A DNA stretch of 64,000 bases from contig OZ231126.1 of assembly GCA_965153355.1 (NCBI GenBank), forward strand, positions 23,994,001-24,058,000, read 5' to 3'. The notes below the pieces were generated by a model, which did not search any database, had not been told where the DNA came from, and was given only the letters and a program-made list of their open reading frames with translations. This DNA comes from Flaccisagitta enflata (taxonomy: Eukaryota). The position numbers and the translations under genes are program-made. This document shows positions 12,357 through 26,517 of this stretch, in pieces. Every line of letters starts with the position of its first letter. Within the stretch, counting starts at the first letter, position 1.

Positions 12357-12838
12357 GATTGGTAGGATTGAGATTTAAGCTCGGGTTCTTTTTTAAACGG
12401 ACATCTTAGAAAGTGAATGAGTAGTCGTTTTTTGCTCAAGAGGGATTTTACTGGTTTAGATTTACACGCTCCTGTTAATGAGAATATCGAAGCCTCATAT
12501 TTTTGGGAAAAATCATCTTCTCTTTTCATGGACAGAACCTTTCATAAGGATGAAATGACTTATTTAACAAGGCCAAATACACGGCAATCAAGTCGCGGAT
12601 GGTTGGGTAGGAGCAGTAATGCGAAAACTGCTCGCAATTCAAAAATATAACGGACAGACGGACAGACCGACGAATGGACCAGCCAACACGGAAACAAAAC
12701 TACAATCCAAAGTCTGTTTTTTAAAAACTTATATGGCCATATGGAAGGACATCCAGGAATTTAGGAATGGGCCCCGGGGCTGAGATGAACATTTCTGGGG
12801 AATGAGACAATCGATAGATGTAACCAACTGACCAAAAG

Positions 12839-13078
<240 letters not shown>

Positions 13079-13253
13079 TTGTGCCATCGCCTCGAGTAGA
13101 CGATAGTTTATCCATGATCAACCTTCAACGTAAGATCTAAGCCCGTAATATCAGGAGTACTGGAAAATCCTAAATCTACTTTTTACGGTCGTTTTGTGAT
13201 TTTTTTTTTTCAAAATCTGGTACGTTTCTTTTTGACTAAATCAAAATCGAAAA

Positions 13254-13397
13254 ATGCCAAATGATTTTTACGCCGTTTTGGGCATCTAGCCCTCGGCCTC
13301 CAAAGAGGACGTGAAGAAGGCATTTCGGGAGATGGCCAAAAAATGGCATCCGGACAAACATCAATCGGACGGAAAACTCGCCACGGAGAAATTTCAG
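13254..13397 (+). pseudogene. DnaJ/Hsp40 J-domain first exon with in-frame TAG: MPNDFYAVLGI*PSASKEDVKKAFREMAKKWHPDKHQSDGKLATEKFQ
   Basis: Canonical J-domain helix I (DFYAVLG), helix II and HPD motif; aaaATG start; donor CAG|GTAATG at 13398; TAG at 13287-13289. Confidence 0.8.
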
Positions 13398-13507
13398 GTA
13401 ATGCAAAGTTCGACTATTGGACGGTTGAAGATTTGGCATGATGAAGGTTTTTTTATTTTTTTTTTCGTGCAACATGAGACAATATTTAATCGCAAATTTT
13501 CAAGGAC

Positions 13508-13706
13508 ACCCCGTAATCTGGGGTGATATTGCTCGAGGTTGCTCGGGGTTGAACCCCAAGTAAACCACAAGTTAACCCCGAGCAACTCAAGCTCGGGGTT
13601 TGCTTGGGGTTGCTCAAGGTTGCATTGATAGAAGCAATGACAAATAATAACATCAACCCCGAGCAACCCCAAGCAACCCTGAGCAGAACGTCGCAGATTA
13701 CCTGGT
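13508..13706. mobile_element. Small MITE-like element with inverted 10-bp GGGGTTGCTC repeats
   Basis: GTAATCTG ... CAGATTAC ends; GGGGTTGCTC/GAGCAACCCC units in both orientations. Confidence 0.55.
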
Positions 13707-13944
13707 GGAGAAATATATCCCCGTTTACTTGGTTGAATGCACTTGAAAGTTGACGAAATAGATATGGTTTCTCAGCCCCAAATCAGAATTGACAAATAAT
13801 TCCATCCCACCCCGTCTAGGAGATTTTGGCAGCATACAAAACTCTTTTTGACGAAGAACGGCGTCGGGATTATGATAGCAGATGTGACACGAGGCCAAAA
13901 ACCGGACAAAAACGCCGTAGCCAAGCGGGTTGGATATCAACAAT

Positions 13945-14117
13945 AACAAGGCCGTATACACAGCTACCCAAGTCGCGCGCGGGTGGGCTGGGGTAGTGAT
14001 AAAAAAAGCCATAAAAACTTTTTGGCAGAAGCAGCAAAAAGCGCCCGTAAACGCAGAAAAAGCTGGATCGACCGACAGACATAACGGGTATACAGTCGCG
14101 TGCACGCGACTAAAAAA
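13945..14117 (-). mobile_element. Family A element
   Basis: AACAAGGCCGTATACACAGCTACCC...AGTCGCG ... AGTCGCGTGCACGCGACTAAAA. Confidence 0.75.
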
Positions 14118-14397
14118 GATGAAACAATTCAAAGCATAAGAAAACGAAAAACAAAGCTGGTTACACAGTGAATAAGTAATCGTTAACAGATGGGCAGGGG
14201 CAGTAGTGCGAATGAGTAGGGCCTGTATGTGGATGGGCGGGGGCCGTAATGAGGCTGGGCAGGGGCAGTTAAATCTTCCCAGCCGATTTCGCGACAACCA
14301 AAATTTCGCGTAACCATCCCTCCTACCTACGGCCACTCTTTCTTATAAAAGTTGCTCGCTGAACAATGAACAAATTGTTGATTTCAATGCTTTTTCG

Positions 14398-14515
<118 letters not shown>

Positions 14516-14731
14516 CGCCTGGGATTCCTTCTAAGAAGTTTTCATCTTCAATCATCGATAGCCCGCTTTATTTCTCGCTTTCCTGACATGACAACATGCC
14601 TACAATTTGTTGAAGTTCCGATGTAAGAATGTTTTATGTTGGATGATCACGCTTTAATCGCTTAAATGGAACTGTTAAAACATTCAGCGGGACACAACTA
14701 GAATTTCATCTTAAACTATCATTCGGCAAGT

Positions 14732-14762
<31 letters not shown>

Positions 14763-15298
14763 TCGTCATTGGCAATGTCATCGTTGTCGTTGTTGTTGTT
14801 GACCGCTGTGAAGAATTCAATACACGCTTACGATTGCTGAGGATACTTAAAAATGAATATTTGATAAATAAAACGTGATAATGGAAGATATACCTTTACA
14901 AGATGAGTGAAGCCACTGATATCTGAACCTAGACAAACGCTCACACTTTCAAAGTAATTAACATATTACTCTCATTTTGAGTTAATGAGTTAATCATCTT
15001 CTAACATATGAGACCCAAGACCACAGAGAGGGATAGGAAAAAGAATTGAAAAATTAAGGCGAGAAATTTCCCGTGAAGCAGAGATTAGCTGAGATGAGAC
15101 ACACAGCTGTCCATCTGTGCGTTCGTTGTCGGAAAATGCCTCTTTGTCTCTTATTTGTCTGTCATGCTGTCAGTCCGACTAACTCTCGCTTCAGTCTGTT
15201 TTTCTGTTCGTCGATCTTTGAGTCTCCTTGTCTCTCTATTTGACTGTTTCTCTTTCTTCTGTTTGGTTGTCTGTCTGGCTGTCCCTTTATTCTACTTT

Positions 15299-15385
<87 letters not shown>

Positions 15386-16222
15386 ACATAAAACTTTGAT
15401 CGAGGAATTTTTCACTTCTCCTTCTTTTCTCCTTTTCCAAGTCGTTGAAAGAAAGCACTTTGTCTATGAGGAGGAGGAGGAGGAGAAGGAGGGGAAGGAT
15501 GAGGAGAACGAAGCACTAGTCTATTTTCTTTTATCGCGTAAAATTAAAAACCAACGCTCTCTCCTGAGACTCGCCATATGGGCTCCAGGATCCTATGCCG
15601 CTGATGTCCCCTTATCATTATTTCTGTCTGTTTGTCTTTCTGTCTGTCTGTCTGTCTGTCGGTATGTGTCTGTTTATTAGCTGGTCGGTCTGTCTGTCCT
15701 TCTGTTTGTTTGTTGATCTGTCAACACGTTTGACTATTTTTTTTGTCGCTATGTACTCATCCTTTATTGCGTCTGTGGACAAATGTCCACATTGTCCTCC
15801 TTTTTCGCACGTCTTAGTGGCAGACCAACTGTCTGTCTCTTAGTCTTATCATTTATCTTTGTGACACTTGCTAGCAACTCTTAATAATGTACGCCTGTGT
15901 TACGCCTGTGTAAAAACTGCGTTTCTTGGCTGTTCTAGGCCACGGTGAGATCATATATTGAATCAAATGATCGACAAACATGTTTTGAGAGCCTTTACTA
16001 CTCGGTCGGGCTGGTCCTGTAGCTGGATCAATAGCTCAAATTCAAACGACAATTGACAGAGAAGATTAAAAATGAGTGCGCAAACGCGCCAGTGGTGCGA
16101 GTGCGGGTGTGCTGTAAAGGTATACGTGTGCGCACAAGACTGCACTTGTGATGTTCAAAGCCGCAACGTGTGATCATCATAGTGACGATAAAAAACGGTA
16201 TTTATTTGATGCCGTGCTGCAA

Positions 16223-16293
<71 letters not shown>

Positions 16294-16344
16294 ATTTCTC
16301 TCACATGTATGTGACTACTGCTACACAGACTGACAGACAGTCAG

Positions 16345-16436
<92 letters not shown>

Positions 16437-16706
16437 GCACACAAAAACACACACACGTACATGTACATACAAATCTTCACTTACCCACATTCACTCACAC
16501 CCACAATTCTACACTACACCGACCCACTCTAACTTACACTCACCCATACCCACAGCTCCACACTCACACCGTAGCAAGAAGGGCATGGAATTGTCGTTCA
16601 TCACTTCTTCGTCTCAACGATTCTCGCGTTTTTTCTTTTCTTTCTTCTGGAATTTCTTTTCCTTTGTCTTTCCTCGAATTTTTCCCTTTTCTTCCATTTA
16701 CGCTCG

Positions 16707-17030
16707 ATGTCTCACGCATTAATAATGTGTCCTCTCGCCTTCTCTTTCTTGTCCTTGTCTCACACATTAATAATGTGTCCTCTCGCCTTCTCTTTTTTGT
16801 CCTTGTCTCATACATTAATAATGTGTCCTCTCTCCTTCTCTTTTCTTGTCCTTGTCTCACACATTGATAATGTGTCCTCCTGTCTTATCTTTTCTTGTCC
16901 TTGTCTCACAAATTGATAATGTGTCCTCTCGCTTTCTCAATACTTGTCCTTATCTCACGCTTTATTTATATATGTCCTCTCGTTTCTTTCTTGTTCTTGT
17001 CTTACCTATCAATTGTGTATCCTCTTCCTT
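16707..17030 (+). repeat. 48-bp minisatellite, about 6 copies
   Basis: Unit GTCTCACACATTAATAATGTGTCCTCTCGCCTTCTCTTTCTTGTCCTT. Confidence 0.9.
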
Positions 17031-17745
17031 TTCTGTCTTTAAACTCCTTATCTGCGTAAAAACTATCAACTCGGCACTCAATAAGAGGCTTAGCCTTGTT
17101 CATTGGTCTGTCTGTTAGTCCGTGGATCACGCGCGAGTTGAAAAGTGGCCATCTTGTTCTACGCAGTGCTTTCAACACGTCCCTCTGTTGTTGTCCATCA
17201 ATGTCATGTGCTATATTCTTAAACTTCTTTTTGTTTCTGATCTTGTCTTCTGCACAATGATCAGTCGTCAAACATATTTTGTTTCTATCTCTTGTTTTGA
17301 TACACGATTGCCATTCCATTTTACTAACCGTTGTCCTTTATCTCTCGCTTCTCTTTTTCAGATAAATGTCACCAATAACACCGGACCTAATGACCTCCGC
17401 CGCTTCAAAGTCATATCGGAAACGTAATTCAAAATTTCAAACAAAGACTTCTAGACTTCTACTCCACTGAATTCGTAAATTTTTAAACAATCGACAAACT
17501 ATCTAATAATGTGGTCCGTACGCACTCTTCGACAGATACAATGTTCGCCACTACAGCTTGTGATCAGGAATCCATTGCTCCATGAATGTGTAATTGAAGC
17601 AGAGACTTGCTCAGTGCTCACTCCGTCTCTTTTCGCTTTGTGTCTCTTCGCTTTGTGTCTCTTTTTCGCTCACTCGCGTTATCGCTCTTTCTCTTTGTCA
17701 CCATCTGTGTCTGTCTGTCTCTCTGCCTTTTTTCGTCGTTTTTTA

Positions 17746-17818
<73 letters not shown>

Positions 17819-17825
17819 CGTGTGC

Positions 17826-17900
<75 letters not shown>

Positions 17901-18525
17901 TCTCTCGTTATGATCTCATTTTCTGGCTTTCTCTCAAGTTGTCTCTGAACCCTGCCGGCCCACTTTTCCATCCTGTCATAATGAACATAAATCCTACGAA
18001 AAGAAACAACCAAGAAAAAAATAAGTAGAAAAAATAAGGGAAAATAAGGCAAAGCGATGTCCCATGGATGCGTCCTCTTGAGAAATCACCCTAAAAATAC
18101 TCAAGATGTAAAGAAATAATAGAAAATATATGTTCAGAAAAAGACAGACGGAGGGTCCTTCCTAACTATCTACGGACCAACACATCTACGGCCAAACCCT
18201 CTTTTAGAGGTGCAAGAACACATCTAGAAAGAATTTCTAGACAAGTGCAGGAGAATATCTCATCGAGGATATAGCGCAAGAAAAACAACTGGGAGGAACA
18301 CATGACAGCGGAAATCTATATAGCTATATGCGGCTCTGAGCAGCGGAAATTTGTCTTTGCGCTTGTCTATTTTGCTCTTTTGACTTACAATACGATGACA
18401 AAGTATTTTCATTTTTTCAACGGTTGCAGTGCAATTTTAGTGCAGCTGCTTTTTCAACGGTCGCAGTGCAGTTTTGAAGCAGCTTCTTTTTTTGACGGTT
18501 GCAGTGCAGTTTAAGTGCAGCGGCT

Positions 18526-18732
18526 TTTTAGTCGCATGCACGCGACTCTACAACCCACTTTGTCAGTTGGTCGGTCGGTCGGTTGGTCGGTTGGTCGGTC
18601 GGTCACGTTTTACTTTTTTTTTATGATTCTATTTCTTTGACCTCACAGCTCCTGCCCAAATGGTCTAGTGACCGCAAATATAGCCCCTGCGCACCCGCAC
18701 GCGACTTCAGTAGCCGTGTATCTGGCCTTGTT
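18526..18732 (+). mobile_element. Family A element
   Basis: TTTTAGTCGCATGCACGCGACT, (GGTC)n, CACCCGCACGCGACT, GCCGTGTATCTGGCCTTGTT. Confidence 0.8.
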
Positions 18733-18791
18733 CAATGGTAAAGTGCAGTTGTAGTGCAGCTGCTTTTTTTTACGATTGTTAGTGCAGCTGC

Positions 18792-19420
18792 TTTTTGGGC
18801 AGCGGCCCCGAAGGGGACGAAGTCCTGTAGAACACAGGGGGAATCCGTCCGTACGTACGTCCGTCCGTCCCCCCCTGCCCCATCCTCAAGGCTTCGTCTC
18901 CTTTGGGGCCCATATTCTGCCAAATAGCCCAAATCCAAGCAATATGGCCCAAATCTAAGCAAAATGGCCCAAATCCAAGTATAATGGCCCAAATCCAAGC
19001 AAAATGGCCTAAATCTGGCCAGAAAACCCCAATTCTGACCCGAGGTACATTATTTTGGCCCCTTAGACCTATATTGTGGCCTCCGATACCTAGATTTTGA
19101 CCAGATTTGGGCCATTTTGCATGGATTTGGGCCATTATGCTTTGATTTGGGCCATTTTGCTTAGATTTGGGCCATATTGCTTGGATTTGGGCTATTTGGC
19201 AGAATTTGGGTCAGAAAAGGCCCCAAAGGAGACGAAGCCCTGAAGATGGGGTGGGGGGGACGAATGGACGGACGGATGGACGGACGGACAGATTCCCCCT
19301 GTGTTCTACAGGACTTCGTCCCCTTCGGGGCCGCTGCCTTGCTCCCCCTCAACCTAAATCACACACTACTCAAGCAGGGCACGGGTACCGCTGACCACTT
19401 ACTGCCTTTGGGCTGCTATT
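18792..19420 (+). mobile_element. Family B element, full length, central 20-bp repeats in two opposed blocks
   Basis: GGGCAGCGGCCCCGAAGGGGACGAAGTCCTGTAGAACACAGGGG and its reverse complement at about 19295-19338. Confidence 0.85.
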
Positions 19421-19662
19421 TAAAGTTGCTGTGCAGTTGCAGTGCAGTAGGAATTGCACTGTTCAAGTGCGGTTGCAGCTGGTGTTTCTTCTTCATATGT
19501 TCTCTTAAGCCATTTCATGTCGTGTTTTTATTATCCCATCGTATCAATGTCATATTAAGCCATTCTTCAGTTACACTACTTTGACTTCTAAGGATTAAGA
19601 GTCTTATCCATTTCTTATAATTCCTTCCTTTCCTCTCTCAATTTTTCCTCTATCCTATTTCG

Positions 19663-19802
19663 TTTTTTTAGTCGCGGACACGCAGCTCTACGTCTTGCCT
19701 TGTCGGTCAGTCGGTAATGTTTCATAATTCCGGGCGGTTTTTGCATTACTTCTCCTGCCCAACCGTCCGCGACTAGATTGCCGTGTATCCGGCCTTGTTT
19801 TT
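19663..19802 (+). mobile_element. Family A element (short subfamily)
   Basis: TTTTAGTCGCGGACACGC ... CCGTCCGCGACTAGATTGCCGTGTATCCGGCCTTGTT. Confidence 0.8.
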
Positions 19803-19907
19803 GTTCTACTTTGGTTGTTTCCCTCTAACGGTTCACCATCACAGAACAACAGAATTTAACAAGTTTTTCATGAAACTATAAATCAAAGACTCGTCCATTT
19901 CATCATC

Positions 19908-20049
<142 letters not shown>

Positions 20050-20738
20050 GTCGCGATAATTCAAAGATGAAAAAAAGAAAAAAAATCATTCCCCCGAGAT
20101 CTGCGGTGGATAAAAAAGCGTTTGAGTGTAATTAAGTTAACGGTTCTCTGCTTTGTATAAAGATGAAAAGAAGTCGCGCTCCCTGGTGCGAGCCTCCTGC
20201 CTTTCTACTGCCTTCCTGCTGCCTGGATACTGCCTTCTTGCTGTAAAGATCCTGCCTTTCTTTTGCCTTCCTGCTGCCTGGATCCTGCTCTTCTACTGCC
20301 TTCCAACTGCATGGATCCTGCCTTCCTGCTTGGTTAAATCCCTTCTATTTTCTGCTTCCTACATCCTGCTTTCCTGATGTCTATCTCTTGGCTTTGTGCT
20401 CCCTTTCAACTGCCTTGTTACTGCTTTCCTTTTTAGGTGCGACAAAGCACCTCTATAACTGACGATCCGCACGTCGCACCTTTTTGGCCTACACTTTTTA
20501 TTTTTTATGATAACGTCATTATTTTTCTGAAGCCTTAAAGAGAGATAGAGATAGCTACTAGTAAAATAACTACAATGTTCTTAATTTCTGAGCAATTTCA
20601 AGGCTTGATGTTCTTATAAACTAGGTTCTTATAAAAAATAAAAAGTGTACTTGGCCTTGTTTCTTTCGAGTGTCTTTGCACCATCGTTTCCTGTCTGTCT
20701 TAGATTTGCCATAAACATCATGATCCTCTTCGATGTAC

Positions 20739-20942
20739 TTTTTAGTCGCGTGCTACGCCACTCTACACCCTGCTTTGTTGGTTGGTCGGTTGGTCGGTCG
20801 GTCGCTTGGTTGGTCAAATTTTATTTTTTTTATGATTTTTATTCTTTTACCCTACTGCTTCTGCCTAAATTGTCTGGTGACCTGAAATATGGCCCCTGCC
20901 CACCCGCACGCGACTGGGGTAGCTGTGTATCCGGCCTTGTTT
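20739..20942 (+). mobile_element. Family A element
   Basis: Same termini and internal block as 18526-18732. Confidence 0.8.
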
Positions 20943-20989
20943 AACATATCCCTGCTTCGGATCCCACATTTTACTTTGCTTCCAACCAC

Positions 20990-21765
20990 CTCCTTCTCTA
21001 TTTCACCTTTCACTGCCTACTATCACAGACCCCATCCCACTGTTTTGCCTCCAAGCGCCTTCATCTCTATATCATCTTTCACTGCCTACTGCCATAGACC
21101 CCATCCCACCTTTCTGCCTCCAACTGCCTCCATCTCTATTTCACCTTTCGCTGCCTACTACCACAGACCCCATCCCACCTTTTTGCCTCCAACTGCCTCA
21201 ATCTCTATTTCACCTTTCGCTGCATACTGCCATAGACCCCATCCCACCTTTCTGCCTCCAACTGCCTCCATCTCTATTTCACCTTTCGCTGCATACTGCT
21301 ACAGACCCCATCCCACCTTTCTGCCTCCAACCGTCTCCATCTCTATTTCACCTTTTGCTGCACACTGCTACAGACCCCATCCCACCTTTCTGCCTCCAAC
21401 CGTCTCCATCTCTATTTCACCTTTCGCTGCACACTGCTACAGACCCTATCCCACTTTTTTTTGCATCCAACCATCTCCATCTCTATTTCACCTTTCGCTT
21501 CACACTGCTACAGACCCTATCCCACTTTTTTTTGCATCCAACCGTCTCCATCTCTGTTTCACCTTTCGCTGCACACTGCTACAGACCCTATCCCACTTTT
21601 TTGCTTCCAACCGCCTCCATTTCTATTTCACCTTTCGCTGCATACTGCCACAGACCCTATCCCACCTTTTTGCTTCCAACCACCTCCATCTTTATCTTAC
21701 CTCTCGCTGCCTTCTGCCACAGACCCCATCCCACTTTTTTGCTTCCAACCGCCTCTATCTCTAAT
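20990..21765 (+). repeat. 69-bp minisatellite, about 11 copies
   Basis: Recurrent CATCTCTATTTCACCTTTCGCTGC...ACAGACCCCATCCCACCTTT. Confidence 0.9.
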
Positions 21766-21868
21766 TCACTTTTAGCGCCCCCATCGGTCCTGCGGCTTGT
21801 GTCCAACGGTGAAGGAGGGAAGGGGGCAAACCGAGGGCGGCAAAAGAAGGATGGACGCATAGGATGAA

Positions 21869-21979
<111 letters not shown>

Positions 21980-23984
21980 AAGAAAGAAAGAAAGAAAGAA
22001 AGAAAGGAAGAGATAGAGAAAGAAAGAAAGAGAGAGAGACAGAAAGAGAGAGAGACAGACAGAGACAGACAGAGACAGAGACAGAGAGAGACAGAGAGAG
22101 ACAGAGAGAGACAGAGAGAGACAGAGACAGAGACATAGATAGTTACAGAGACAGGGACAGAGAGACAGAGATAGTTACAGAGACAGGGACAGAAAGCACA
22201 CTACGAGAGACAGAGGGCTAGAAAGAGTGATGTATGGGGGAAAAAAGCAAGAGAGATGAATTATGGTTGCGATCAATTAAAGTCAAGTCTGACGGTGATT
22301 TCAAAAATAAATTTTCATTTTCTCTTCCCTACGCCGAGTTTTGAGTCGCGGGCCAGGGAAAAGTGTGCCGTGATGGAGTTCATGGATTTATTTGGTTGGT
22401 GGCTTTGAAAAAAAAAAGATTCGTCACCAAAGCGCAGCTTGATGTATAAGAGAGTTGGTTTGCTGATCCTTTTGAATTGTTTGTTAAGAATTTGTGAACA
22501 TTTCTCATCATTTATTTGATGCTCCCTTTTTGGTGAATTTTACTCCTTGATTCGTTCGTCTTGGATATCCCATTATCCCAATTGTTGGCGTAGTTTGTTC
22601 CTTTGTCGGTCGTTCCTAACCTGCTTTCAATGTCACCGTTTCACGTATGTGACGAATGGTGCCCATTAAAGAATCGATCTCAGATTTGTTAAATTCTTAG
22701 CCCGATTTCATTTTATATCCCAGTCCACTTTCTCGCTTAGACTCTCACGGACTTACCTTGCCGCCATTACTTACTTTGGTGTACTTGTATTTCACGCATT
22801 CTTCTACTCTTCTTGCCTCCGTCAGACTCGGACTTCATTCATTCTTTTCAGGTTTTGACTCTCGAGGCGGTGAATAAATGCAATACGACGACCTGAAAGC
22901 CATCAATCCACCAAATGTCTAAAAAAAAAAAGAAAAACAGGACCCTCCTTATCGGTGGTGGCAACACAATGGCAAAAGCGATGGTGGCAATATACGTGGT
23001 GGTGGCGGCGATGGCGATGGCAGTGGTGGCTTCAGCGATGGCAGTAACGGCGGCGGTAAAAGCGGCCGCGGTGAATATGACATTGGTGCCGTCAGCGGCC
23101 CAAACCGGTCATCTTTCCGGGCACTGACAACATTGGCGGTCATTTTGATTTATGGTTTCAAGTGTAACACCTCAACTTACACTTTATTTTGTACGCCTAC
23201 TACAATATTCCCAGCCGTCACTCCAGTCAGCAGTCTCTGCACGCTTGTACAGCTTACAGCTTACGCTTACAACTCTTTCCACTTCCTACCTTCATCGTTT
23301 GTGCGTTTCCTACCGCCTTTGCCGCTCGTGTCGCATGGAGGAAGAAAAAGACATAAATTTTCGAGGGAAAGAAATAAAAATTTGACCCCCGAACGAATCG
23401 GAAGCCGGATAGCGGAAAAGAAACAGACAAAAGTTGGAACTAGCAAAAAATTCTAGAACAAGGATGGCGAAGAGAATGTGTTTCAAAATATACAAAGTGA
23501 GGGAGAGAAAGGCGATTTACATAAATTGATGAGACAAATAGATAAAACATTTAGATGTAAAGGTAAACGCGAGCAATCTGAAGATAGAACGACATGGGAG
23601 AGAGAGCATGCTTTACGACGGTTACAAGGAAGAGGCAACAAAATGTGAAGGCAGTGAAAGTGAATATTCGAAGACAGGAATGAAAAGTTATGATAGTCCA
23701 ATACTGAGGAGGCAACAGAATTTGAAATAAGGAGGCAAATGAGAATAAACACGCAGAAAAGGATTTTTGAAAAAAAAGTAAAATGTAAAACAAATTCTGC
23801 AATTGGCTTTTCCATTTTCTTATCATTTCTCCACTTTTTCAATCTAATTTCATTGTTCAGGCTTCACTCAATTTTCAATTCCAAACTGTCATCGTTTGCT
23901 TATTTCATGCTCCGATGGGAGGAAAAATTGAAAATTGAATGGGATTGAGACTGAGAGGCAGGGTAAGAAGAACGCCACCATCGG

Positions 23985-24075
<91 letters not shown>

Positions 24076-25443
24076 ACAGACAGACAAATGCAAAAGACAG
24101 TAAGAGAAATAGAGAGAGAAAATTTCCGTTTGAGTGAAGCTAGGAGAGGCAGGGACAAAATTGAAACAAATGGTGAAGTAGAAATTGAAGTGGCGGCGGA
24201 AAAAAATTGACAACCTCATAAATTCATTAAGTTATGTAGCCAATTTACAAGGTGGTCCCTGACAGATTATTCTTGCATTCATATTTTACAAGGGTTTATA
24301 AAAATAACAACTTAATTTCTGAAATTCAAAACGCTTTGATTGATATCAGTTGATCCTTTTCATTGAAACCCTTTCTACAATTAATCTATGCATCATTGAA
24401 CACGCATCACCCGTTTGTCTGTCTGTTTGTAATTTCAAGGAGAATTTGTATTAAACGTCATGAAATAGGTCTTGTGCCAATAACTCATTCATTTCATGAA
24501 GGAATTCCAACATCTTAAAATTTATGTTACCCTTTCTGAGAATAAGAAACCTTAAGGCCCGATCGATCGGCCATGAGCCCATGACGGTGCGCCTAGCATT
24601 TCTAATTGGAAGCGCTATGAGCTGTGAGCTTCTAGGTCCCATTGAAAGCCCTAATAAACTTACCCTGTTTAACCAATATGAAGCATTGTCAGCTTCATAG
24701 GAAGCTTAACAACTGAAACTACAAACATCATGACGCCATTTATTAGGAGTGCGTACGACGCTTTGTTGTCGGTTGCTCGCTTACGCTAATCTGACTCGTG
24801 TAGAAACAATGAATGGCAACATTGATTCGTTGTAGCTTTGCTCTGGAGGTCTCATAGTACATGTACTCGTAAAAATAAATTCGATGTTCATGAAATTAAG
24901 GTAATTGCTCCTTATAGTGTCTCTCCGATCTCCCTCTTCTAGTCGCTTCCATCGAAACCTTTTGAGGTCTTTAAGTAGAAAAAACAACTCTTATTACTGT
25001 AGACACCGGGACAATAATATTCGAGTCTCTTTATCTCGTAAATTTCCATATGGGTCATTAGTCATGACATCCCCAAAGTTGGTTGATGAAAAAGTTAATA
25101 TCGAATATTTGACGGATTGTTGAAGCAGAAATCCTTTTTCTCTGGATATTATATCGTTGTTCCTTGATCGTCGTATTTCATGTCTTAAAAGTAAAGAAGT
25201 CATGAAGGGAGAAAAAGAGAAAAAAAAACTAAAAGATGTATGGAGAGAGGAAGTTTAAGGGGAAAAAAGTAGAGAGAGAGAGAAAGAAGAAAAAAATTGA
25301 AAGGGACCGAAAAAGAGAGAGCGAAAAACGAAAAATCGCCTGACACAATCGTAAGTATTGACAAAATGAGAGGGAGAAAGAGGAAAAAAATACTGGTCCT
25401 CTGGTGGAGGCTGGGTAGGTAGGGGCCGAGAATCAGAGAGTAT

Positions 25444-25616
<173 letters not shown>

Positions 25617-26423
25617 TGAGAAACAGACCAAGAGACATAGAGAGATACAGAGACACAGACATACCGACAAACAGACAGACAGGATCGATAGACAGACCGA
25701 CATTAATTGAGATGGAGAGATAGAGTCAAAAAGAAAAAAACAGACAAACAGAGACTGTCAGATAGACAGACGACAGACAGACAGATAGACATACAAACAG
25801 ACAGACCGATAGACAGCCAGATTTACAGACAGACAAACAAAAAGAGAGACAAGAATTCTTATGGAACCGAGTAACAGAATATATAATGTATAAGTCTGAG
25901 TGAGAGAGTGGGTCATAAGCAAAGAAAGAGGCGAGTAAAGAAAGAGGCGAGCCCATCCGAGCCATCGACCCTCCACGTCCAACTCCAGCCCACCGCCGTC
26001 GGAACTATGATGGTGTTCAGGGTCCCGGATTTCTTGGAGGGGGACCAAACCCTTTTTTAAACTTTCTTTCTATTGATATATAATTGCTTCATTCTTAGCT
26101 TCATTCTTCTTCTCTCTTCATAAATTGTTGGTTTCGACTTTTTCGATGAGCAAAACATTCAATCATCTTCTTAATTTCGCCTCGATGGCGACGAAAACGT
26201 TCTTAATTCTTCTTTCTTTTTCCCTTTTTTTTCTTTTCTGCCTTTTTGTTCTTTCTTTTTTTGTTTTATGGTGGTTGTTTTAATGAAAATGGGTCGTAAA
26301 ACAGATTTGCTTTCAACCAGAAGAGAAACGAACAAATTTAAAAGCGATCGGATCTTGAAAATTGACAAAGCAGAGTAAAGAGTAAACCGGTTTCATATAT
26401 ATTTTTTTCTAATCTTAATGAGA

Positions 26424-26517
<94 letters not shown>

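Noticed and set aside
13287-13289. Genome-wide TAA/TAG-to-Gln recoding as the explanation for in-frame stops
   Set aside because: Every Gln codon I read in the 10-exon gene is CAA or CAG, with no internal TAR codons, which is not expected under a ciliate-type code.
14592-14870. QHAYNLLK and HAYD stretches as exon 2 of the J-domain gene
   Set aside because: No clean acceptor in phase and adjacent stops or frameshifts; similarity too short to support.
16707-17030. CRISPR array
   Set aside because: No unique spacers, no cas genes, eukaryotic context. The same applies to all other tandem arrays here.
20889-21764. 291-aa ORF with 23-aa repeats
   Set aside because: Starts inside a family A element and runs through a 69-bp minisatellite whose later units are frameshifted.
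22852-22869. Possible 18-nt plus-strand microexon (ttttcag|...|gtgaat)
   Set aside because: The donor is mediocre and no neighbouring exons could be linked to it.
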